Source of the DNA: Dehalococcoidia bacterium
Lineage (GTDB): Bacteria > Chloroflexota > Dehalococcoidia > Lucifugimonadales > GCA-2712585
Length of the DNA stretch: 64,000 nucleotides
Reading direction: 5' to 3'
Assembly (NCBI GenBank): GCA_965247585.1
Contig: CBDFHC010000005.1
Location: forward strand, 192,334 to 256,333
The notes below the pieces were generated by a model that searched no databases, was not told where the DNA came from, and saw only the letters and a program-made list of their open reading frames with translations. Positions 57,319 to 64,000 of the stretch are shown in pieces; position 1 is the first letter of the stretch, and each line of letters begins with the position of its first letter. The translations under genes were made by a program, and so were the position numbers.

Positions 57319-57360
57319 ACGACACCACTGATATATGAGACATTGGAGGTCTAATAAGCG

Positions 57361-58281
57361 ATGAGTGACGCCATGGCGGGGATGCACTGGATGTTGGTGA
57401 CGCCGTTTGACGAAGATGAGAGGGTGGACCTGGATTCGATAAGCAAGCTGGTTGACCAGGCGGTGGATGCGGGTTGCGTGGGTGTTGTGACGCTGGGGGA
57501 GATGGGGGAATGGCGGCGGCTGGCCGACAGGGAGCGGACGGAGATTCTGGAACGGACGATGGAGGCGGTGGCGGGAAGGGTGAAGGTGACGGTGGGGGCG
57601 ACGGCGCCGAGCACGCATCTGGCGGTGGAGAGGGCCAAGGAGGCGAAGCGTTTCGGCGGAGCGGCGATAATGGTATCGCCACCTTCGATACCGAAGCCGA
57701 ACCCGGCGGCGGTGCAGGCGTACTACCAGCGAGTGGCGGAGGCGGCGGATATTCCACTGGTGGTGCAGGACTTTCCGCAGACGTCAGGGGTGCATATGTC
57801 GCCGCAGTTCATCGCGGAGCTGTTCAATGCGATACCGAGCTTTGAGTACTTGAAGCTGGAGGACCCGCCCACGCCGACCAAGATCACGCGGATTCGAGAG
57901 CTGACGGGGGACAGGATGGGCATATTCGGGGGGCTGGGGGGGAACTTCCTGCTGGATGAGCTGAATCGAGGCGGCATGGGGGCGATGACGGGATTCGCGT
58001 ACCCCGAGGTGTTGGTGGAGATAATCCGGCTGTGGACCGAGGGGCGCCGCGGAGAGGCGTCTGAGGTGTTCAACCGGTTCCTGCCGCTGATCCTGTTCGA
58101 GAACCAGGAGGGGGTAAACCTGAGCATTCGCAAGGAGGCGATCAAGGGGCGGGGGCTGTTGAAGACGGCGAAGGTGCGGCATCCCGGCGGGCCGGTGGAC
58201 GACCATATCCGCGGAGAGCTGTTCGAGATGATTGAGAGGCTGCGTCCGAGCGAGGTGAAGGCGGGGGCTACAAGGGGATAA
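57361..58281 (+). CDS. Dihydrodipicolinate synthase family (class I aldolase) protein
   Basis: 306 aa with the DapA/NAL-like pattern (GVVTLGEMGE ...). Substrate unknown. Confidence 0.75.
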   Translation: MSDAMAGMHWMLVTPFDEDERVDLDSISKLVDQAVDAGCVGVVTLGEMGEWRRLADRERTEILERTMEAVAGRVKVTVGATAPSTHLAVERAKEAKRFGGAAIMVSPPSIPKPNPAAVQAYYQRVAEAADIPLVVQDFPQTSGVHMSPQFIAELFNAIPSFEYLKLEDPPTPTKITRIRELTGDRMGIFGGLGGNFLLDELNRGGMGAMTGFAYPEVLVEIIRLWTEGRRGEASEVFNRFLPLILFENQEGVNLSIRKEAIKGRGLLKTAKVRHPGGPVDDHIRGELFEMIERLRPSEVKAGATRG

Positions 58282-58783
58282 CGGTCGGCTTAATTTCCTG
58301 GGCGGTTAGCTCCAGGAGTCCGACGGAGGGGACGACTCGGAAGCGCCGCTTGCCAGCGGCGCCGGGGTTGAAGAAGAGGATGCCGTCCCGCCATTCCTGG
58401 TGGGCGATGTGGCTGTGACCGAAGACGACGACGTCCAGCGCTTGGCCTAGAAAGCGGTCCGGAGGCGGGCTGCCCCTGCGTTTGGGGAGCTGGACCTGGT
58501 GGGTGAGGAAGAAGCGGAGGCCAGACAGCTCCAGCACCAGCTCCTCTTCAAAGTTGGCCGTTGGGCCGGCACGGTCGTTGTTGCCGCGGACGGCGGTGAC
58601 GGGGGCGATGGACTCCAGGCCCTGGATTACTTCCTCTGTACCAATATCGCCTGCGTGGAGGATGAGGTCCACACCGTGGAGAAGCGGCGGAACGCGGGGG
58701 TCCAGGAAGCCATGGGTGTCTGAGATAACGCCTATCTTCACCGGCAGGTTTCCGTTGGGTAAGACTGGTAGGGAGTGCGGCAC
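58268..58783 (-). CDS. Metallophosphoesterase (YfcE/MJ0936-like)
   Basis: ISDTHG, GDIG, GNND and GHSH motifs. Its 3' end overlaps the convergent upstream gene by 14 nt. Confidence 0.85.
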   Translation of the reverse strand: MPHSLPVLPNGNLPVKIGVISDTHGFLDPRVPPLLHGVDLILHAGDIGTEEVIQGLESIAPVTAVRGNNDRAGPTANFEEELVLELSGLRFFLTHQVQLPKRRGSPPPDRFLGQALDVVVFGHSHIAHQEWRDGILFFNPGAAGKRRFRVVPSVGLLELTAQEIKPTVIPL

Positions 58784-58849
58784 GTTAGCTCAGCGCTCAT
58801 TAGTGGATGTCATTAGGTCAGCTTATGTATGAGCGGTCAAGTCAGGGGC

Positions 58850-59312
58850 AAATTCCTGGGGAGAATCAGTCATGGCGATGGGTATAGCAATCACAGAGGA
58901 TTGAAAATCATAGGTTGGCGGTTCCCACCCACCCGCCCAGAAGGGTTTTTAAATAAATTTCTGAGGGACACCCTCAGACTCCCGGCAGCCACCACCCAGG
59001 TTCCCTGCACCCTCCTGTTTGGTTGGTGTTGATCGCACACTGGAGGCTCCCTTTCAAAGGCCGGACTGGGCTATTTTGGGGGGAATCAGTCATGGCGATG
59101 GGTATAGCAATCATAGAGGATTGAAAATCATAGGTTAGTGGTGCCCACCGTCCCGCCCAGGAAGGTTTATAAAGTATATTTTGAGGGACACCCTCAGACA
59201 CCCGGCAGCCACCACCCAGGTTCCCTGCACCCTCCTGTGTCGCTGGAGCTGATTGCATAGAGGGGGCTCTCTTTTAACGACCCGGCTAAGCTGTTTTCGG
59301 GAGAATTGGGGA
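58850..59312 (+). repeat. Two tandem A+H units (220-bp period)
   Basis: G(A/G)GAATCAGTCATGGCGATGGGTATAGCAATCA occurs at 58861 and 59081. Both units have subtype-2 tails. Confidence 0.9.
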
Positions 59313-59319
59313 GGGAACT

Positions 59320-59877
59320 CTATAAGCCCCATATCCCATGAATCCGAGCCAGGTTTAATGCCGCCAAAGTAAGACCGTCCCTGATTTCACCATTTGCGGC
59401 CATTTCATTTACTGTGCTGTCATCGAAGAACCGGGTCTCGGTGATCGCTCCAGAGTCCGCATCCAGGACGCCGTTTGAGGGAACCAGATCTCTGGCAACC
59501 ACAACAGCAACCTCTACGGTTATGATTGCTGAGTTAGGGAAAAAGCGACCCACCTCTTTAATATTAGCTGAATCGAAGCCAGTCTCTTCATTTATCTCTC
59601 GTCGAGCGTTCTCAACCAGCGAGAGCCCGGCGACACACGTTCCCCGTGGCAATTCCCACAGCCAAGCGTTGACTGGATAGCGATATATCTTTACTAATCC
59701 AACCTGGCCGATAGCTGAAATTGCGATGACGGCAACACTGCCCTGGCCTTCGCCTTCGACAATCCGGTTGTAACGACCTTTCTCGCCGTTCGGGAACAGA
59801 ACCTTGTCAAAGTACAGTTTGATCCATTTATTTTCCGGATTTGAATACTCCAGGATTTCCTCTTCCCGAATTATCAT
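59320..59877 (-). CDS. NUDIX hydrolase
   Basis: Nudix box GLSLVENARREINEETG. GC is about 49 percent, against well above 60 percent in neighbouring genes. Confidence 0.85.
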   Translation of the reverse strand: MIIREEEILEYSNPENKWIKLYFDKVLFPNGEKGRYNRIVEGEGQGSVAVIAISAIGQVGLVKIYRYPVNAWLWELPRGTCVAGLSLVENARREINEETGFDSANIKEVGRFFPNSAIITVEVAVVVARDLVPSNGVLDADSGAITETRFFDDSTVNEMAANGEIRDGLTLAALNLARIHGIWGL

Positions 59878-60122
59878 GACCTACCTCTGGTATGGGGTGT
59901 TGTTCTTTTGCTCAACAAGTCAAGCGTGGTCTTGTGTTGCTTGTACCGTACGTAAATCGTAGTGCCAAGGATATTATCAAGGCTGCCTGCCGGATGCGAT
60001 GGCCAGGTAGATGCGGACCCAAACCCGTTGGAGCAGCTACGTCAATACTAACCATGCCTCCGGGGTCAGTTGGAGGTAGGGAATCTCCGTTGGATCGAGA
60101 TACGGAGGGTTGCAGTTTCTTT

Positions 60123-61064
60123 TCAATGGGCGGTGTGGTGGGCTTCGGCGCAGGCGTTCTGGGAGGTCTCGAGCTGGATGGTGACGTGGGAGATGCCGAA
60201 GCCCTGGGCGGCGATGGCCTGAAGGTCTTCCAGCATACCCTCGCGGCGGGACGGCTGGTCAGAGTCGGTGGTCACGTGGGCGCTGAGGACTTCGTAACCG
60301 GTGGTGATGGACCAGATGTGGAGGTCATGGACGCCGGTGACGCCTTCGACGGCCTCGATGCGGCTGCACAGCGCTTCGACGTCGACGTGGCCAGGGGAGT
60401 GCTCCATGAGGACGTGGACCGCCTCACGGGTGACCCTGGCACCGCTCCAGAGGATGAGGGCGGCGATGCCGATGCTCATCGCAGGGTCTACGATGAACCA
60501 GCCAAAGGCGAGCATGAGGGCGCCGCCGATGACGATGATGACGGACTGGACGGCGTCGGTGGCGACGTGGATGTAGGCGGCCTTGACGTTGAGGCTGTCC
60601 GAGGCGGAGCGGCGGAGGACCATGGCGGCGGTGACCTGGGCGACGAATCCGGCGGCGGCGACCAGGAGCATGGGCAGGCTTTCGACGTCAGGGGCGGACT
60701 GGAGGCGGCGAACAGCCTCGAAGGCGATGTAGCCGGCCACGGCCCAGAGGGCCAGGCCGTTGACCAGGGCGGCGAAGACCTCGGCGCGATAGTAGCCGTA
60801 GCTGCGGACGTTGGAGGTGGCGCGGGAGGCGAACCAGATGGCCAGGAGGGCCAGGACGATGGAGGCGACGTCGGTGAGGAGGTGGCCGGCGTCGGCCATG
60901 AGGGCGAGGCTGTTGGTGAGGTAGCCACCGACGGCCTCGACGACGAAGAAGGTCCCGATGATGGCCAGGGCCCAGTAGAGGCGGACGCGTGCGACGGCGC
61001 GGAAGATGTTGAGGCCGTACTCCAGGGTAGGAGTGGAATTGCTTTCCGAGGGGTGAGAGGTCAA
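60123..61064 (-). CDS. Cation diffusion facilitator family transporter (CzcD/ZitB-like)
   Basis: 313 aa with six TM segments plus a cytoplasmic domain, and HLLTDV and HVATDA motifs. Confidence 0.9.
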   Translation of the reverse strand: MTSHPSESNSTPTLEYGLNIFRAVARVRLYWALAIIGTFFVVEAVGGYLTNSLALMADAGHLLTDVASIVLALLAIWFASRATSNVRSYGYYRAEVFAALVNGLALWAVAGYIAFEAVRRLQSAPDVESLPMLLVAAAGFVAQVTAAMVLRRSASDSLNVKAAYIHVATDAVQSVIIVIGGALMLAFGWFIVDPAMSIGIAALILWSGARVTREAVHVLMEHSPGHVDVEALCSRIEAVEGVTGVHDLHIWSITTGYEVLSAHVTTDSDQPSRREGMLEDLQAIAAQGFGISHVTIQLETSQNACAEAHHTAH

Positions 61065-61070
61065 CGCCGG

Positions 61071-61439
61071 TTACCGGCCTTCCAGGTGCTCGATCTCCAG
61101 GTCCAGGAGGTCACGTACGTGTTGGTCGTCCAGGGAGTAGTAGACGAGCCGACCAGCCTTGCGGCTGCGGACCCATCGGAGTGTGCGGAGGAGGCGGAGG
61201 TGCTGGGAGACGGCGGACTCGGAGACGGCGAGGAGGGCAGCAAGGTCGGCGACGCAGAGCTCGCCGGTGGTGAGGGCGCTGAGTATCTTGACGCGGTTGG
61301 GGTCCGCCAGGGCGGAGAAGGTGCGGGCCAAGGTGGCAAGCATCTCGTCAGAGAGCATGGAGTCCCGGGCGCGACGGACGGCCTGGGGATGGAGGCCCAG
61401 TTGATGTCTATGTCCGGCGTGGGGGAGCTGTTTCAGCAT
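61071..61439 (-). CDS. ArsR/SmtB family metalloregulator
   Basis: ELCVADLAALLAVSESAVSQHLRLL helix-turn-helix. It lies 6 nt upstream of the CDF gene, so the two probably form an operon. Confidence 0.9.
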   Translation of the reverse strand: MLKQLPHAGHRHQLGLHPQAVRRARDSMLSDEMLATLARTFSALADPNRVKILSALTTGELCVADLAALLAVSESAVSQHLRLLRTLRWVRSRKAGRLVYYSLDDQHVRDLLDLEIEHLEGR

Positions 61440-61458
61440 GAAGGCACCGCTACTATAT

Positions 61459-61474
61459 TTTAGCGTTGGCTAAA
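61459..61474. promoter_or_regulatory. Candidate ArsR operator (6-4-6 inverted repeat)
   Basis: TTTAGC-GTTG-GCTAAA lies 20 nt upstream of the arsR ATG and overlaps a TAAAAT -10-like hexamer on the - strand. Confidence 0.4.
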
Positions 61475-61494
61475 GTGTTACAGCAATAGATGAA

Positions 61495-61552
61495 TTCTGA
61501 GGGACACCTTCAGACGCCCGGCAGGGAACCCAGGTTCCCTGCACCCTCCTGT
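61495..61552 (+). repeat. S unit in a divergent gap
   Basis: TTCTGAGGGACACCTTCAGACGCCCGGCAGGGAACCCAGGTTCCCTGCACCCTCCTGT. Confidence 0.9.
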
Positions 61553-61677
61553 AAAGAAGCTAGGAGAATTGGAAGGCGGGAGGCGTGGGAGGAGCGGTTG
61601 TGTGGGTCTGGGGGCGGTGCTATCCTAACGCTGGATTTCGCCTACGGGCGCCGCTGAAATAGGCAGGAGGACGGTCC

Positions 61678-62562
61678 ATGGCTGATAAGAATATCCAATG
61701 CGCCTTTGGGGTAGATGTGGACGCGGTGGCAGGGTGGCTGGGCTCGTACGGGGGCGAGGACTCGCCGGACGACATCTCGCGGGGGCTGTTCGCCGGGGAG
61801 GTGGGGACGCCCCGGCTGCTGAAGTTCTTCGACCGGATGGGTATAAAGGCGACCTGGTTCATACCCGGGCACTCGGTGGAGACGTTCCCGGAGCAAACGA
61901 AGATGATTGTGGACGCGGGGCATGAGTTGGGGCTGCACGGATATTCGCACGAGAACCCGATAGCCATGAGTCCGGAGCAGGAAGAGGCGGTGCTGGATAG
62001 GTGCATTGAACTGCTAACCAGCGTCTCCGGGAAGCGGCCGACGGGCTATGTTGCGCCGTGGTGGGAGTTCAGCCACGTGACGAATGAGCTGCTGCTGAAG
62101 CGGGGCATCAAGTACGACCATAGCCTGATGCACCGGGACTTTGAGTGCTATTACGTGCGGGTGGGAGATAAGTGGACGAAGATTGACTTTGGGCAGACGG
62201 CGGACAAGTGGATGAGGGCGCTGGAGCGAGGTGAGGAGACGGACCTGATAGAGATCCCGGCGAACTGGTACCTGGATGACCTGCCGCCGATGATGTTCAT
62301 TAAGAGCGCACCCAACAGCTATGGTTTCACGAATCCCCGGGACATAGAGCAGATGTGGCGGGACCAGTTTGATTATGTGTACCGGGAGTACGACGAAGCG
62401 GTGTTTCCGATTACGATTCACCCGGACGTGAGCGGGAGGCCGCAGGTGATTCTGATGCTGGAGCGGCTAACTTCGTACATCATGACCCATCCCGGGGTGC
62501 GGTTCCGGACGTTTGACCAGATGGCGGACGATTTCGCCGCCCGGCACCCGCGTAAGAAGTGA
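61678..62562 (+). CDS. Polysaccharide deacetylase (NodB-fold, PuuE-like) family protein
   Basis: 294 aa with the overall pattern of the divergent polysaccharide deacetylase / allantoinase PuuE group. Confidence 0.75.
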   Translation: MADKNIQCAFGVDVDAVAGWLGSYGGEDSPDDISRGLFAGEVGTPRLLKFFDRMGIKATWFIPGHSVETFPEQTKMIVDAGHELGLHGYSHENPIAMSPEQEEAVLDRCIELLTSVSGKRPTGYVAPWWEFSHVTNELLLKRGIKYDHSLMHRDFECYYVRVGDKWTKIDFGQTADKWMRALERGEETDLIEIPANWYLDDLPPMMFIKSAPNSYGFTNPRDIEQMWRDQFDYVYREYDEAVFPITIHPDVSGRPQVILMLERLTSYIMTHPGVRFRTFDQMADDFAARHPRKK

Positions 62563-62663
62563 CGGCAGCCGGGGGGAGCAATTGAGCAGGCCTCCGAGGT
62601 GGGTAGGCGCCGGGATGCGGCGGTTCCCCCGGGCGGCGCGGGCGATAGGCCGCAGGAGCGGCG

Positions 62664-63056
62664 ATGGCTTGGGTTGACGCCATAGGCGCGGTGATCAAGG
62701 GCATCGCGGTGCCCTATGGGTACACGCTGGCCATATGGTCCGCGGGGATGCTGGCGGTGGGGCGCTACGGGCATCCGCGGGTGTCCGACGTGTTCATGTT
62801 TGTGCTGGGGGCGGTGGCGGGCTATCTGCTGTTCGACCTGTTGAGCGTGGGCGGGCTGACGGCGGACGACAACTACACGGTTGAAGTGCCGTCGGTGGCG
62901 CTGTTGAACGTTTTGCCGATCATCCCGGCGGTGCTGACGGCGTTTGTGGCGCGGGAGATACCGTGGAGGAGATTGGGGTTCCCGGCGATGGGGTTCTCGG
63001 CGACGATTTTCTATATTCTGTCGCTGGGGACGTTGTTCTGGGTGTGGTCGTTATAG
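62664..63056 (+). CDS. Small integral membrane protein, unknown function
   Basis: 130 aa with four hydrophobic segments. GGAG lies 6 nt upstream of the ATG. Confidence 0.6.
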   Translation: MAWVDAIGAVIKGIAVPYGYTLAIWSAGMLAVGRYGHPRVSDVFMFVLGAVAGYLLFDLLSVGGLTADDNYTVEVPSVALLNVLPIIPAVLTAFVAREIPWRRLGFPAMGFSATIFYILSLGTLFWVWSL

Positions 63057-64000
63057 GGGACACCTCCCGACGGTGACGAAGGGCTGGCGGTTAAGCCGGT
63101 TGGTGTTACATGGTGAGAGGGTTACGGGTCACGGGTTGGTGGTGGCCGCTCTCCTTCGAGAGCCTCGGGATAAGCGGGAAAGGGAGGGAATCCGGTCTGC
63201 TTTCGGGGGCGATCAGCCATGGAGATGGTTTGGTGAGCGCGAAGGATTGCGAATCACAGGTTGGCGGTTCCCACGGTCCCGCCCCGGAAGGTTTTAAGTT
63301 CTGAGGGACACCCTCAGTCTCCCGGCAGAAGGGCTGCGCCCCTTTGCACTCCCTCTCTTTGGCAGGCGGCCCTAAGAGGAAGCAATGTTCCTTTCCTTTG
63401 GGGCGATCAGCCTTGGTGGATGGTTTGGTGACGGCGAAGGATTGCGAGTCACGGGTTGGCGGTGGAAGTAGACTCTAAGGTGGGACATGCTCTCCCTCCA
63501 CACCCAGATTCTTCGATCCTCACGGGCGGACTCAGAATGACATGACTTATGCGGAGGCTGAATGCGGGACAATGAGACGCTGAAAAGCCGACGAAGCCAA
63601 AAACTCACAGGGTTTCAGACTCCCTGCAGAAGGGCTGTGCCCCTCTGCACTCTCCCTCTTAGGCAGATAGCCCTAAGAGGAGGCAATGTTCCTTTTCGTT
63701 GGGGCGATCAGCCTTGGTGGATGGTTTGGTGACCGCGAAGGATTGGGAGTCACGGGTTGGCGGTTCCCACCGTCCCGCCCCGGAAGGTTTTAATTTCTGA
63801 GGGATACCCTCAGTCTCCCGGCAGAAGGGCTGCGCCCCTCTGCACTCCCTCTTTGGCAGGTGGCCCTAAGAGGAGGCAATGTTCCTTTCCTTTGGGGCGA
63901 TCAGCCTTGGTGGATGGTTTGGTGACGGCGAAGGATTGCGAGTCACGGGTTGGCGGTTCCCACGGTCCCGCCCTGGAAGGTTTTAAGTTCTGAGGGACAC
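63054..64000 (+). repeat. Repeat cluster running to the window end
   Basis: - An S remnant overlaps the stop codon (63054-63075).
- Box+E lies at 63110-63185.
- A lies at 63195-63350.
- A interrupted by B1+D lies at 63395-63656.
- A lies at 63690-63850.
- A lies at 63880-64000, truncated by the window end. Confidence 0.9.

Noticed and set aside
59892-61463. Very long ORFs lie antisense to real genes: 59892-61463 (523 aa), 27913-29211 (432 aa), 32308-33477, 9786-10796, 46836-47855, 4033-4815 and 6111-7103.
   Set aside because: They are low-complexity (G/D/E/A-, P/R- or S/P-rich) and overlap genes with clear family signatures on the other strand. They are the expected by-product of the G-rich sense-strand composition.

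Overview
High-GC bacterial chromosomal segment with 50 protein-coding genes (30 on +, 20 on -). I saw no rRNA, tRNA, CRISPR array, transposase, integrase or phage gene. Gene content is mostly redox and hydrolytic enzymes with many paralogues: 3 luciferase-like (LLM) oxidoreductases plus one fragment, 3 carboxymuconolactone-decarboxylase-like proteins, 5 short-chain dehydrogenases (SDRs), 3 amidohydrolases, amidase, GMC oxidoreductase, penicillin-acylase-like and GGT-like Ntn hydrolases. Recognisable housekeeping units are ilvB-ilvN-ilvC behind a T-box leader, metF, amt, and an arsR-CDF metal-efflux pair. The T-box plus this paralogue-rich enzyme set suggests a Chloroflexota (SAR202-like) origin; this is inference only. 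Coding strands are G-rich, with G- or C-ending codons and unusually frequent ATA. The dominant feature is non-coding. By hand count about 30 percent of the window is intergenic and about one fifth (13-14 kb) is one modular repeat family, present in 31 intergenic gaps, including every gap over about 250 bp except the T-box leader. Module names used below:
- A: lead GCTATTTT..GGRATCAGYCATGGCGATGGGT; box GCGAATCA-NN-GGTTGGTGGTTCCCACCRTCCCGCCCMGGAAGGTTTTTAAA; hairpin 1 CTGAGGG-ACA-CCCTCAG; linker ACTCCCGGCAG; variable hairpin 2; tail CTGCACTCYCC.
- S: the hairpin-only 3' half of A.
- B: B1 core GCTCTCCC.CCACACCCAGATTCTTCGATCCTCACGGGCGGACTCAGAATGACATG, then B2 GGCGGAATGCGGTATGGGCTCGTCCTTCGAGGGCCTCAGGATGAGCGGGTTGGAGG.
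- C: GGTAGGCGCAGGTAGAGTAGGGACGGTGCTATTTTCATAGGAATGACATGA.
- D: GAAGYCAAAAACTCACAG...CTCAG.
- E: TTCCCGCTC-loop-GAGCGGGAA.
- F: GGGAGGATGAAAATC...GGTAGGACTT.
- H: spacer GGTTGGTG..GCGCAGGAG...GGCTATTTT.
Every copy I can read is on the + strand regardless of flanking gene orientation, and several stems show compensatory or G.U substitutions. Other notable points: a DsbA/FrnE-like gene with an in-frame TGA at the redox cysteine plus a SECIS-like hairpin; metF and an amidohydrolase whose conserved N-termini lack any ATG/GTG/TTG start; a low-GC Nudix gene; an SDR with a destroyed active site. All coordinates and counts come from reading the sequence by eye. Module boundaries are approximate (about +-10 nt).
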